Source: Verrucomicrobiia bacterium
Lineage (GTDB): Bacteria > Chloroflexota > Dormibacteria > Dormibacterales > Dormibacteraceae
DNA: 64,000 bases
Assembly (NCBI GenBank): GCA_035637495.1
Contig: DASPXA010000053.1
Span: 694 to 64,693, forward strand
Direction: 5' to 3'
The notes beneath the pieces were generated by a model. It worked only from the letters and a program-made list of their open reading frames with translations, ran no database searches and was not told where the DNA came from. Shown here one piece after another: positions 8,912 to 18,419 of the stretch (the stretch's first letter is position 1; every line of letters begins with the position of its first letter). Made by a program: the position numbers and the translations under genes.

Positions 8912-9331
8912 ATGCGCATGAACGTCGAGATCAAGGTCGCAGACATGCGCTTTCTCGCGCGAATGGAGAGGGAAGCCGCCCCTCGGACCTGCCAAGCCTT
9001 CGAGTCGATGCTGCCGCTCGAAACACAGCTCATCCAGGCCCGCTGGAGCGGTGAGGCCGCGTGGATTCCTTTCGGTGAGCTCGACTTCGGCCTCGGCTAC
9101 GAGAACCACACCAGTCATCCCGCCCCGGGCCAGCTGCTCCTCTACCCCGGCGGGATCAGCGAGACCGAGATCCTGTTCCCCTACGGCGCGACGCTTTTCG
9201 CCAGCCGGATGGGACAGCTCGCGGGCAACCACTTCGCCACGATCTTCGAAGGCAGTGACCGACTGAAGGAGCTCGGCGACCTCGTGCTGTGGAAGGGAGC
9301 GCAGGAGATCAGGTTTACCTCTCAGCCGTGA
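8912..9331 (+). CDS. DUF3830-family (cyclophilin-like fold) protein
   Basis: MRMNVEIKVADMRFLARMEREAAPRTCQAFESMLP...ARWSGEAAW..., a family recalled as DUF3830 (recognised from memory only). The stop overlaps the GTG of the next gene (GTGA). Confidence 0.6.
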   Translation: MRMNVEIKVADMRFLARMEREAAPRTCQAFESMLPLETQLIQARWSGEAAWIPFGELDFGLGYENHTSHPAPGQLLLYPGGISETEILFPYGATLFASRMGQLAGNHFATIFEGSDRLKELGDLVLWKGAQEIRFTSQP

Positions 9332-10533
9332 ACGACGGAGCGGCCGCGCTCGAGCGATGCGAGATCCTCGCCGCCTGCACGGACGAACCCGGCCGGATCA
9401 CCCGGCCGTTCGCGTCGGACGCGATGCGCCGCGCTCACGAGCACGTCGCGGGGTGGATGCACCAGGCCGGGATGACCGTGACGCGCGACAACATCGGCAA
9501 CCTGCGCGCCCGGTACGAAGGGACCGGACCCGAAACCCTGCTTTTGGGCTCACACCTCGACTCGGTCCGCGACGCGGGCAAGTACGACGGACCGCTCGGC
9601 GTCGTGGTCGCGATCGCTGCCGTCCAGCGTCTGCACGACGCGAACCTGCGGCTGCCGTTTGGCATCGAAGTGCTGGCATTCGCCGACGAGGAAGGCCTCC
9701 GCTTCGGCTCGACCTATCTGGGCAGCCGCGCGCTGGCCGGCCGTCTCGATCGAGCGGAGCTGCAGCGTACGGACGCGGACGGCGTGACGATGGCAGAGGC
9801 GATCCGCAGGTTCGGAGGCGACCCGGACAGGATCGCCGAGGACCGATGGAGCGGCGAGCGTCCGCTCGGCTATGTGGAGGTGCACATCGAGCAGGGACCG
9901 GTGCTGGAGCAACTCGGCCTGCCGGTCGGTGTGGTTTCCGCGATCGCCGGGCAGAGCCGCCACGAGCTCACCTTCACCGGGGAAGCCGGCCACGCCGGCA
10001 CCGTGCCGATGCCACAGCGCCGTGACGCGCTGGTCGGAGCCTCGCTCTTCGTCGAGGCGGTCGACGGCGTACGCGAGAAGCCCGGCCTCGTCGCGACCGT
10101 CGGCCGGCTCACGGTCCGGCCGGGCGCCGCCAACGTGATCCCCGGCGAGGTCACCCTCAGCCTCGACGTTCGCAGCCCTGACGACGAGCAGCGGCAGTTC
10201 GAATGCCAGGCCCTCCTGCACCTGGCAGGCGAGATCGCTCGGCATCGGAACCTGGAGGTGAGCGTGGTCCCCGTGAGCGAGCGCGCCGCGGTCGCCTGCT
10301 CGCCGAGCATCACCGGCCTTCTGCGCGAGGCCATCGGCGATGGTGCGGTGGCGGTGGCCAGCGGCGCCGGCCATGACGGCGTGTACATTTCCGAGATCAC
10401 CGACATCGGCATGGTGTTCGTTCGCTGCAAGGGCGGCATCAGCCACAACCCGGCGGAGTCGGTCGAGGAGGCGGACGTCGCGGTGGCGATTGACGTCCTC
10501 GGCCGCTTTCTGGAGCTGCTCGGCAAGAAGTGA
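9328..10533 (+). CDS. allC: allantoate amidohydrolase / N-carbamoyl-L-amino-acid amidohydrolase (M20 family)
   Basis: GTG 9328 (VNDGAAALERCEILAACTDEPGRITRPF...). The M20/AllC-type N-terminus and ...HLDSV..., ...FADEEG... metal ligands are seen. Confidence 0.85.
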   Translation: MNDGAAALERCEILAACTDEPGRITRPFASDAMRRAHEHVAGWMHQAGMTVTRDNIGNLRARYEGTGPETLLLGSHLDSVRDAGKYDGPLGVVVAIAAVQRLHDANLRLPFGIEVLAFADEEGLRFGSTYLGSRALAGRLDRAELQRTDADGVTMAEAIRRFGGDPDRIAEDRWSGERPLGYVEVHIEQGPVLEQLGLPVGVVSAIAGQSRHELTFTGEAGHAGTVPMPQRRDALVGASLFVEAVDGVREKPGLVATVGRLTVRPGAANVIPGEVTLSLDVRSPDDEQRQFECQALLHLAGEIARHRNLEVSVVPVSERAAVACSPSITGLLREAIGDGAVAVASGAGHDGVYISEITDIGMVFVRCKGGISHNPAESVEEADVAVAIDVLGRFLELLGKK

Positions 10534-11753
10534 TCGTCCGCGGCGGCACCATCGTCACCGCAGGCGGCGTCGAGGTAGCGGACATCGCCATCGAGGATGG
10601 CCTCATCACCGAGGTCGGCCCCAACCTCGGCGGTGGCGGTGAGGAGATCGACGCGACCGGGCTGTACGTCTTTCCCGGCGGCATCGATTCCCACGTCCAC
10701 TTCAACGAGCCGGGCCGCACCGAGTGGGAGGACATCGCCCACGGATCGGCCGCGTTGGAGGCCGGCGGATACACGGCGTTCGTCGACATGCCGCTCAACA
10801 ACCTTCCAGTCACGACGACCGTCGAGGCATTCGACCTCAAGCTCGCAGCGATGAGGCGCTCATCGAAGGTCGACTACGGCCTGTGGGGCGGGCTCGTCCC
10901 CGGCAACCTCGACCAGCTCGGGCCACTGGTCGAGCGCGGCGTCATGGGATTCAAGGCCTTCATGTGCCCGAGCGGCATCGACGAGTTCCCGGCCGCCGAC
11001 GAACGGACGCTGCGCGAGGGCATGAAGCGGATCGCCGAGCTCGACTCGATCCTCCTGGTACATGCGGAAGACCCGGCGGAGCTCCGCGATCCACGAGGTC
11101 CGTCGCCCGCCGACTTCATCGAGTCGCGTCCGGTCGAGGCAGAGGTCACGGCGATCCGCAACGCGATCGAGTGGGCGGCCCAAGCGGACTGCCGCCTTCA
11201 CATCGTGCATGTGAGTTCACTAGCGGGCGCCGAGCTCATCTTTCGCTCGAAGCACGATGTGAGCGGCGAGACATGCCCTCACTACATGCTGTACGTCGAC
11301 CGGGACATGGCACGCATCGGCGGCACTGCCAAGTGCGCGCCGCCGTTTCGTGAGGAATCAATGCCGATCCTGCCCATCGTCGTCTCTGACCACTCCCCGA
11401 GCACCCTCGAACTCAAGCTGGGCGATGACTTTCGCAAGATCTGGGGCGGGATCTCGGGCTGCCAGTCGACCCGGCAGCTGCTGCTGGCTCAGGACCACGA
11501 CCTGCAGGCCATAGCCGCGGTGACAGCGACGAACGTCGCACGTCGTTTCCGTATCGACGGCAAGGGCGACATCGCGCCGGCTTGCGACGCCGACCTATGC
11601 CTCGTCGATCTGTCGCACGAGGACGTCGTCCGGCGAGAAGATCTGCTGTACAAGAACCGTTTCAGTGCCCACGAAGGGCAGAGGATCCGGGGCCGCACAG
11701 TGAAGACGATCCACGGATCGCCGAGGTTCATTCGGCCAGGCGAGCGCTCGTAG
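10530..11753 (+). CDS. allB: allantoinase / cyclic amidohydrolase (dihydropyrimidinase family)
   Basis: ATGA overlap with allC. ...GGIDSHVHFNEPGRTEWE..., carboxylated-Lys context ...GFKAFM..., ...SDHSP... Confidence 0.85.
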   Translation: MIVRGGTIVTAGGVEVADIAIEDGLITEVGPNLGGGGEEIDATGLYVFPGGIDSHVHFNEPGRTEWEDIAHGSAALEAGGYTAFVDMPLNNLPVTTTVEAFDLKLAAMRRSSKVDYGLWGGLVPGNLDQLGPLVERGVMGFKAFMCPSGIDEFPAADERTLREGMKRIAELDSILLVHAEDPAELRDPRGPSPADFIESRPVEAEVTAIRNAIEWAAQADCRLHIVHVSSLAGAELIFRSKHDVSGETCPHYMLYVDRDMARIGGTAKCAPPFREESMPILPIVVSDHSPSTLELKLGDDFRKIWGGISGCQSTRQLLLAQDHDLQAIAAVTATNVARRFRIDGKGDIAPACDADLCLVDLSHEDVVRREDLLYKNRFSAHEGQRIRGRTVKTIHGSPRFIRPGERS

Positions 11754-13056
11754 CCGCGATGTCGCGCGCGATCTCTTCCTCGTCCGCGGTGAGCAGCCTG
11801 CCCTCGCGCACCACAACGATGCCGTTGACAACAACCGTCTGAGCGCGAGCCGGGGGCGCCAGAGCAAGGCCGGCGACGAGGTCTTTGATCCCCGCGTGGG
11901 CGAGGTCGTCGATCCGAAAGCAGGCGATGTCCGCACACTTGCCCAGCTCGAGCGATCCGCAGTCATCCCGGCCGAGACAGTCCGCCCCACCTTGCGTCGC
12001 CAGCCGCAACGCGCCGCGCGCGTCGAGCGCACGCGGCGATTGGTTGCGGACCCGCGCGAGCAGCAGGGCCTGGTGCGCCTCCGCGGCGATGTTGGCGTCC
12101 TCGTTGCTGGCCGATCCGTCCACCCCCAGGCCGATACGGGCACCTGCCCGCACCAGGTCGGCGACCCTGCACACGCCCGCGCCGAGTCGCATGTTGCTGG
12201 AAGGGCAGTGCGCGATGCCGGCCTTGACCTCCGCGACCCGGGCGACTTCGCCGTCGCTCAGGTGGATACCGTGCGCGTACCAGACGTCGTCTGCGGTCCA
12301 GCCGAGGTCTTCCATGAGCTCGTACGGCCGCTTGCCGAATTTCTCGATGCAGAACCTTTCTTCATCCAGGGTTTCGGCAAGGTGGGTGTGCAGGCGGACG
12401 CCGTGCTTGCGCGCGAGGGCCGCCGAATCGCGCATCAGCCGTGGCGTCACCGAGAAGGGCGAGCACGGTGCGACCACGACCCTGCACATCGATGCCGGCC
12501 GGGCGTCGTGGTGCCGGGCGATCAGCTCCTCGGTGTGGGCGAGGATCGCGTCCTCGTCCTCGACCACCGAGTCAGGCGGAAGACCGCCTTTCGATTCGCC
12601 CAGCGACATCGAACCGCGACACGGATGGAATCGCAGTCCCAGCTCGCCGGCCGTTTCCACCAGCGCTTCGAAGATCCCCGGCCGGCCGTGTGGAAAAACG
12701 TAGTGGTGGTCGGTCGAGAGCGTGCATCCTGAAAGTAGAAGGCGCGACATCGCCGCGCGGGCTGCCACGCGCACCGTGCCGGCATCGATTCGCGCCCACA
12801 CCGGGTACAGGGCTCGCAGCCACTCGAACAGCGTGCCATCCGGCACGTAGCCGCGCGTCGCCCACTGGTACATGTGGTCGTGCGCGTTGACGAATCCGGG
12901 CATTGCCACGCAGTTGGGCTCGTTGACCCACTCGTCGGCTTGCGGCGCCTGGCCGGAGCCGATGCCGGCGATCTTGCCGTCGCGGACGAACAACCAGCCG
13001 TTCTCGATCTCGCGGCTGCCCGTGAACAGCAGCCCCGCGCGTAAGAGAAGCGTCAA
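11728..13056 (-). CDS. 8-oxoguanine deaminase / guanine-deaminase-like amidohydrolase (TRZ/ATZ-SsnA family)
   Basis: 442 aa. ...MPGFVNAHDHMYQ..., ...HTHLAE..., ...GLGVDGSASN... Convergent 26-bp overlap with allB. Confidence 0.75.
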   Translation of the reverse strand: MTLLLRAGLLFTGSREIENGWLFVRDGKIAGIGSGQAPQADEWVNEPNCVAMPGFVNAHDHMYQWATRGYVPDGTLFEWLRALYPVWARIDAGTVRVAARAAMSRLLLSGCTLSTDHHYVFPHGRPGIFEALVETAGELGLRFHPCRGSMSLGESKGGLPPDSVVEDEDAILAHTEELIARHHDARPASMCRVVVAPCSPFSVTPRLMRDSAALARKHGVRLHTHLAETLDEERFCIEKFGKRPYELMEDLGWTADDVWYAHGIHLSDGEVARVAEVKAGIAHCPSSNMRLGAGVCRVADLVRAGARIGLGVDGSASNEDANIAAEAHQALLLARVRNQSPRALDARGALRLATQGGADCLGRDDCGSLELGKCADIACFRIDDLAHAGIKDLVAGLALAPPARAQTVVVNGIVVVREGRLLTADEEEIARDIAATSARLAE

Positions 13057-15293
13057 AGGGTGATGTCGTGCGGGCGGACGGGCACGCGGTCGATCTGACG
13101 CCCGGTCGCGGCTCGGATCGCGGCCACGATGGCCGGACCCGACGAGATGGTGGGCGGCTCCCCCACCCCCTTCAAGCCGTACGGCGAGTTGGGGTCGCCC
13201 AGCTCGAGGATGTCCATCCGTACCGGAGGCATGTCGAGGATGGTCGGCAGCAGGTAGTCCGTGAACGACGGGTTGCGGATGACCCCATCCTTGACCTGGA
13301 TCTCCTCCATGACGGCCAGGCCGAGTCCCTGCGCCGCGCCGCCTTCGAGCTGGCCCTGCACGGCAAGCGGATTGATCGCCTTGCCCACGTCCTGCGCCGT
13401 GGCGAGCTCCACCACCTTGAGCAAGCCGAGCTCGGTGTCGACGTCGACCACGGCGCGGTGCGCGGCAAAGGCGAACTGCATGTGCGCATCGGCCTGGCCG
13501 GTCTCGGCATCAAGGCGGTGGGTCTGGCGGGGGCGGAAGACCCGGGTCTCTTCGATCACGGCGTCGCCCAGCAGCGTGGCCAGGGACACGATCTCCTTGC
13601 CGCTTGCGTCCACCACCGCGTCATCCTCGAGCCGAAGGCCGCCGGCCCGGTGAAGCTCCGATTCCGCAAGCTCCAGGACACGCTTGCGCACGGCCTCCGA
13701 CGCAGCCTTGACGGCGCCGCCGGTGATGTACGTCTGTCTCGACGCCGACGACGAGCCGGCAGAGCCGACGTTCGTGTCGGCGGTCAGGACCACGATGTCG
13801 TCGACGCCAAGCTCCGTGCCCGCGACCTGGGCCTGGACCATGACGCTGCCCTGCCCCACCTCCGCCGCCGCGGTGTGGACTTCGACCCGAGGCCGGCCCT
13901 CAACGACCGACAGGCGCACCCTCGCGGTCGAGTAATCCTCGAAACCCTCGGAATAGCCGATGTTCTTGAAGCCGACCGCGAAGCCGACCCCTCTTTTCAC
14001 GCCCTCACCATGCGTCGTGTTTGACACCCCACCAGGCATTGACGTCAGGTGCTTGTCGGCGGCGGGCGGCATCGGCATCGCGCGCACGCGCTGCAGCAGC
14101 TCGGCCACGGGAACCGGGCCGTCGACGACCTGGCCGGTGATCATCTCGCTGCCAGTCTCCAACGCGTTGCGGAGGCGCAGCTCCACCGGGTCCATGCCCA
14201 TCGCGGCGGCGAGCTTGTCCATCTGCGCCTCGTGCGCGTAGCAGTTCTGCACCGAGCCGAAGCCACGCATCGCGCCGCATGGCGGGTTGTTGCTGTAGAC
14301 GACGATGCCGTCGATCGTCGCGTTGGGACACCGGTACGGCCCAACCGAGAAGCACGTGGCATTGGCGATCACCGCGGTCGAGCTCGACGCGTACGCGCCG
14401 CCGTCGAGAAGGATGCGAGCCCGGACGTAGACGAGCTTGCCGTCTCGGTTGGCGCCGTGCTCGTAGGTCAGCTTGCCCGGGTGGCGGTGCACGTGGCCGA
14501 CGAAAGACTCCGTTCGGGAGTAGGAGATTTTCACCGGCCGGCCGGTCTTCAGCGCGAGCATGCATGCGTGGGCCTGCATCGAGAGGTCCTCGCGCGCGCC
14601 GAACGCGCCGCCGATGCCGGCCATGGTGAGCCGCACCTTCTCCCTGGGCAGGGCGAGCACGCTCGCCAGCTGCTCCTGGTCGACGTGCAGCCACTGCGTC
14701 GCGATGTGGAGGTCGATGCCACCCTCGCCGTCCGGGATCGCGAGCCCGGACTCGGGGCCGAGCGGGGCCTGGTCCTGCATCCCGATCTCGTACTCGCCCT
14801 TCACCACGACGTTGGCGCGTGCCGCCTGGTCGCCGTGACGGATCTTCACGTGGCGCGTGACGTTGCCGTCGGGATGGAGCCGCGGCGCCTCGGGAGACAG
14901 CGCCTGCTCGGGGTCAGTGACCGGTCGCAGCACCTCGTATTCGACGTGGACTTTCTCGGCGGCCCGCCTCGCCTGCTCTGGATGGTCTGCGGCCACCAGG
15001 GCGACGGCCTCGCCCCAGTAGCGCACGACATCGAAGGCGAGGACGGGCTGGTCCTGGATCTCGAGGCCGTACAGCTTGCGCCCCGGCACATCGACGTGCG
15101 TGAGAACTGCCCGCACGCCGGGCATGGCGCGCGCTTCCTCGGTGTCGATCGTGATGATCCGTGCATAGGGGTGCGGGCTGCGCACGGTGGCGCCCCACAG
15201 CATGCCTTCGACGCGCAGGTCGGAGGAATAGACGAAGCCCCCGCGTACCTTGGGCACGCCGTCCGGCCGGCGGACGCTCTCACCGACCTTCAT
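13053..15293 (-). CDS. xanthine dehydrogenase, molybdopterin-binding large subunit
   Basis: Start at MKVGESVRRPDGVPKVRGGFVYSSD... (internal ATG 15293; ATGA overlap with the Fe-S subunit). XDH/CoxL family motifs throughout. Confidence 0.85.
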   Translation of the reverse strand: MKVGESVRRPDGVPKVRGGFVYSSDLRVEGMLWGATVRSPHPYARIITIDTEEARAMPGVRAVLTHVDVPGRKLYGLEIQDQPVLAFDVVRYWGEAVALVAADHPEQARRAAEKVHVEYEVLRPVTDPEQALSPEAPRLHPDGNVTRHVKIRHGDQAARANVVVKGEYEIGMQDQAPLGPESGLAIPDGEGGIDLHIATQWLHVDQEQLASVLALPREKVRLTMAGIGGAFGAREDLSMQAHACMLALKTGRPVKISYSRTESFVGHVHRHPGKLTYEHGANRDGKLVYVRARILLDGGAYASSSTAVIANATCFSVGPYRCPNATIDGIVVYSNNPPCGAMRGFGSVQNCYAHEAQMDKLAAAMGMDPVELRLRNALETGSEMITGQVVDGPVPVAELLQRVRAMPMPPAADKHLTSMPGGVSNTTHGEGVKRGVGFAVGFKNIGYSEGFEDYSTARVRLSVVEGRPRVEVHTAAAEVGQGSVMVQAQVAGTELGVDDIVVLTADTNVGSAGSSSASRQTYITGGAVKAASEAVRKRVLELAESELHRAGGLRLEDDAVVDASGKEIVSLATLLGDAVIEETRVFRPRQTHRLDAETGQADAHMQFAFAAHRAVVDVDTELGLLKVVELATAQDVGKAINPLAVQGQLEGGAAQGLGLAVMEEIQVKDGVIRNPSFTDYLLPTILDMPPVRMDILELGDPNSPYGLKGVGEPPTISSGPAIVAAIRAATGRQIDRVPVRPHDITL

Positions 15294-15733
15294 CGGGCCG
15301 CCATGCGCACAGCGTCGAGGATCTTCGCGTAGCCGGTGCAGCGGCAGATGTTGCCGGCGAGCGCCTCGCGAATCTGCGCGTCGTCGGGTTGCGGGATGCG
15401 CTGCAGCAGGTCGTGGGTCGCGACGACCAGGCCTGGCGTGCAGAAGCCACACTGCACAGCGCCGGCTTCGACGAACGCCTGCTGAACTCTCGCGCCGTCG
15501 AGACCTTCGATGGTCACTACCTCACGGCCGTTCGCCTGCCCTCCCAGCACCAGGCACGCGCAGACCAGCGTTCCGTCGAGGTAGACCGAGCACGATCCGC
15601 ACTCGCCCTGCTCGCATGCGTTTTTCGAGCCGTAAAGGCCGAACCTCTCGCGCAGCACGTACAGAAGGCTCTCGCCCTCCCAGACCCCTTCGGCGCCGCG
15701 AGGCTCGCCGTTGACCACGCAGCTGACCTTCAT
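15290..15733 (-). CDS. xanthine dehydrogenase (2Fe-2S)-binding small subunit
   Basis: Start MKVSCVVNGEPRG... ...CEQGECGSCSV... and ...GFCTPG...CRCTGY... 2Fe-2S motifs. ATGA overlaps on both sides. Confidence 0.85.
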   Translation of the reverse strand: MKVSCVVNGEPRGAEGVWEGESLLYVLRERFGLYGSKNACEQGECGSCSVYLDGTLVCACLVLGGQANGREVVTIEGLDGARVQQAFVEAGAVQCGFCTPGLVVATHDLLQRIPQPDDAQIREALAGNICRCTGYAKILDAVRMAAR

Positions 15734-16578
15734 CTCGCGGCCCAGGCCCACTCGAGACACCGGCGCGCCAGCACCGCCAGCGCGTGGCGGCGATAAGCGG
15801 CCGTCCCGCGCACGTCGTCGATCGGCCTTGCCGCCGACGCGACCAGCTCGCCGAAACGACTCAACGTGGCATCGCTCAAGGGCCTGCGGCGCTCCCAGTC
15901 GAGCTCGCCCTGGATGAACTTCTCCGCCGCTGCCGCGCGCATCGGGGTTGGGCCCGCGGAGCCGATGCCGGTGCCGACCCTCATGTGAGCGGGATCGATC
16001 GACAGCGCAAACGAGCACACGGCGATGACCATCGCGTTGCGAGTCCCAACCTTCGAGAACTGCTGCGGCCCGCGCGCGGGCTGCACGATGAAGGCGGCGA
16101 TGAGCTCGTCCTTCCGCATCGCATTGCGTTTGGGACCGGTGAAGAACTCACCGACGTGCACGTGGCGAGTCCCGGATTTGGAAGCGAGCTCGACCCACGC
16201 GTCCGACGCGAGGAGGGGCGGATGGGCATCACCCGCGGGAGATGCCGTGCCGAGGTTGCCGCCGACCGTGCCTCGGTTGCGGATCTGCGGCGAGCCAACA
16301 GTCCGGGACGCCATCGCCAGGCCCGGCAGCCGGTCGCCAAGCTCGTCGATGAGGCGCGTGTAGGTCACGCCGGCGCCGATTCGCAGGATGCCGTCGGACG
16401 GTCCCCACTCCGTGAGCTCGCGAATCCGGGTGAGATCGAGGATGGTCGCCGGACGCCGGTGGTCGAGGTTGATCTCGACCATGACGTCGGTTCCGCCGGC
16501 GATCGGAGTCGCTTCCGGGTGGGCGGCCTTCATGTCGAGCGCCTCGGACCAGGTGGCCGGCTGAAGGAATTCCATCAC
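15730..16578 (-). CDS. xanthine dehydrogenase FAD-binding medium subunit
   Basis: 282 aa, CoxM/XdhB-like FAD-binding (...AGGTDVMVEINLDHRRP...). ATGA overlap with the uricase stop. Confidence 0.85.
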   Translation of the reverse strand: MMEFLQPATWSEALDMKAAHPEATPIAGGTDVMVEINLDHRRPATILDLTRIRELTEWGPSDGILRIGAGVTYTRLIDELGDRLPGLAMASRTVGSPQIRNRGTVGGNLGTASPAGDAHPPLLASDAWVELASKSGTRHVHVGEFFTGPKRNAMRKDELIAAFIVQPARGPQQFSKVGTRNAMVIAVCSFALSIDPAHMRVGTGIGSAGPTPMRAAAAEKFIQGELDWERRRPLSDATLSRFGELVASAARPIDDVRGTAAYRRHALAVLARRCLEWAWAAR

Positions 16579-17426
16579 CAGGCCAGGCCGGGCTCGGGGG
16601 CGTCGTCGCGCATCACCGTTCCCTCGATCAGGCCGTATGGGCGGTCGGCCGCGTAGAAGACCTCGTTGTCGTTGGCCATTCCGAAGGGCGAGAGGTCGAC
16701 CACGAAGTGGTGCTTGTTCGGCATCGAGAGCCGGATCTCCGCAACCTCTGGACGCTCGCGCAGCACGGCCTCGCCCATGGCGTAGAGGGTCTGCTGCAGA
16801 GACAGGCTGTGTTTGGCCGCGAACGTCTCGAGCATCAGTCGGCGTGTCTCCGCAAACGACTGGCGCCAGTCAACGTCGGTGCTCGCGTAGCGCCAGTTCG
16901 CCGCCAGCGACGTGGCCATGATCCGTTCGCGTGTCTCGGCGAGCGTCGTGAACCGGTCCCTGATGTAGCCGTGGAACTCGGACCCGGTCGACTTGAGGAT
17001 GACGAGGTCGGCGATTCCGCTGACCACCCAGGTGCTGTCGTCGGTGCACGTCACCATCGCAACTCGCTTCTCAGCGCCGGCGCGAACGAAAGCGTGGTCG
17101 TGGATTCGATTCCAGCCGACCTCCTCGATGGCGACCCGAGCTCGATACACGGACGCGAACTCCCCGACGAAATGCCGCGCGAGCCGGATTGCAAAGTCTT
17201 CGATCTCCCCGATCGGATCGCGCGCGAACGCGAAGACCGTGTTCTTCTGGGTGTCGGTCGGGACGACCTTGCTGTTGTCTCCGGTCAGGTGTGTATCGGT
17301 GAAGTCGCCAGCAAGCGCGACGCTGACGTTGAGGTCCTTGATCTCGTGCTTCTCGCCGTCCTTCGTGATGCGCACGACGTGCGTTTCCGCTTTCCCGTAC
17401 TGGTTGTCACCGAGGACGATGGTCAC
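16575..17426 (-). CDS. uox: urate oxidase (uricase)
   Basis: GTG start (VVTIVLGDNQYGKAETHVVRI...). Strong full-length similarity to Arthrobacter globiformis uricase (...ATDTQKNTV..., ...SLPNKHHF..., ...EVFYAADRPYGLIE...). The upstream part of the 398-aa ORF is a non-coding extension. Confidence 0.9.
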   Translation of the reverse strand: MTIVLGDNQYGKAETHVVRITKDGEKHEIKDLNVSVALAGDFTDTHLTGDNSKVVPTDTQKNTVFAFARDPIGEIEDFAIRLARHFVGEFASVYRARVAIEEVGWNRIHDHAFVRAGAEKRVAMVTCTDDSTWVVSGIADLVILKSTGSEFHGYIRDRFTTLAETRERIMATSLAANWRYASTDVDWRQSFAETRRLMLETFAAKHSLSLQQTLYAMGEAVLRERPEVAEIRLSMPNKHHFVVDLSPFGMANDNEVFYAADRPYGLIEGTVMRDDAPEPGLAW

Positions 17427-17431
17427 GACGC

Positions 17432-17761
17432 TCAGGTTCCCCTGTAAGTCGTGTAGCCGTACGCGCTGAGCAGCACGGGCACGTGAAGATGGCCGCCGTC
17501 GAAGTTGAAGACCACCGACACCGACGGATAGAACACGCTGAGGCCTGACCGCTCGAAATAGGGACGCGTGTCGAGCTCGATGCGGTACTCCGCCGGCTCC
17601 AGTTCCTCGTCTGTCAGCTCGCGGATCCGGCCGTCGGCGTCGGTTTCCGCCCGCGCGACCTCTTTCCAGTCGCCGTCCGGTTCGCGGCGATGCAGGGCGA
17701 CCGCCAGCCCGGCGGCCGGGGCTCCCCGCATGGTGTCGAGGACGTGCGTCGAGATCGTCAT
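17432..17761 (-). CDS. uraH: 5-hydroxyisourate hydrolase (transthyretin-like)
   Basis: 109 aa. MTISTHVLDT..G.PAAG... and a C-terminal ...YTTYRGT, the YRGS-type signature. Confidence 0.9.
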   Translation of the reverse strand: MTISTHVLDTMRGAPAAGLAVALHRREPDGDWKEVARAETDADGRIRELTDEELEPAEYRIELDTRPYFERSGLSVFYPSVSVVFNFDGGHLHVPVLLSAYGYTTYRGT

Positions 17762-17770
17762 CCGTGTCCA

Positions 17771-17798
17771 TGAGAGGAAACCAGACGGTTTCCTCTCA
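17771..17798. promoter_or_regulatory. perfect 12-4-12 inverted repeat TGAGAGGAAACC-AGAC-GGTTTCCTCTCA, 9 nt upstream of the uraH start codon
   Basis: Read directly. Lies in the 127-bp uraD-uraH intergenic region. No U-tract follows on either strand. Confidence 0.5.
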
Positions 17799-17888
17799 CG
17801 CTCCCCAGAGGGGCCCCCGGCAGGAAGCCGACCGTGCGGCTTCGCCGCAGGGCAAGCGCCGCTGCTCTCCTTCCCTTGATCGTCTTTG

Positions 17889-18419
17889 TCATTTCAGGAT
17901 GCCCAGCAGCCGCATGCGCGTGATCTTGCGCTGCTCCGCGGCGGCGACTTCGACCTCGGTGTAAGGGTCGTTGTTCATGCGGCGGCGAAGGTCGTGGAGG
18001 ATCTCGTCGGCGCTCCGCCCCCGGGCGGCGATGAGAAAGACGTGTCCGAAACGCGCCTCATAGGTGCGATTTTCGGACGCCAGCGCAGCCAGCGTTCGCG
18101 CCGACGCCCGGCGGACGCCACTCTGCTCTCGCTCGGAGGTCGCGGGCGCGTGGCCGCCCCGCTCTCCGATCCGCGGGTGGGCCCGGAAGGCCTGCAGCCA
18201 ATCTCCAGGCTTGAGGTCGGCCCACGCCGTCTCCGCAACCTCCAGCAGGGCGTCGACGTTGCGGTAGGGCCGGCCGTTTGCGATCCGGGCCGCCCAGGGC
18301 TGGTTCGCAAACGTGGCGTACAGCCGTTCTTCGGCCTCGGCGGCCGGGAGTGCGTTGAACCGGTCCAGGCCTTCACTCAACTCCCAGCGGCACCAGCTCG
18401 AAACGGCTGACGTCGACAA
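17889..18419 (-). CDS. uraD: OHCU decarboxylase (2-oxo-4-hydroxy-4-carboxy-5-ureidoimidazoline decarboxylase)
   Basis: ...LDRFNALPAAEAEERLYA...AHPRIGE...HVFLIAARGRSADEIL... The TTG start at 18419 overlaps the ade 3' end by 47 nt. An alternative TTG at 18380 gives an 8-nt overlap. Confidence 0.8.
   Translation of the reverse strand: MSTSAVSSWCRWELSEGLDRFNALPAAEAEERLYATFANQPWAARIANGRPYRNVDALLEVAETAWADLKPGDWLQAFRAHPRIGERGGHAPATSEREQSGVRRASARTLAALASENRTYEARFGHVFLIAARGRSADEILHDLRRRMNNDPYTEVEVAAAEQRKITRMRLLGILK

Noticed and set aside
9550-10742. 298-aa and 290-aa minus ORFs over allC/allB
   Set aside because: Antisense or alternative frames of strongly supported M20 amidohydrolase and allantoinase genes.
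10530-11753. Possible internal deletion in allantoinase (short segment before SDHSP)
   Set aside because: The catalytic residues (HxH, carboxylated Lys, His, Asp) appear present. The length variation is within the family range, so there is no evidence of a pseudogene.
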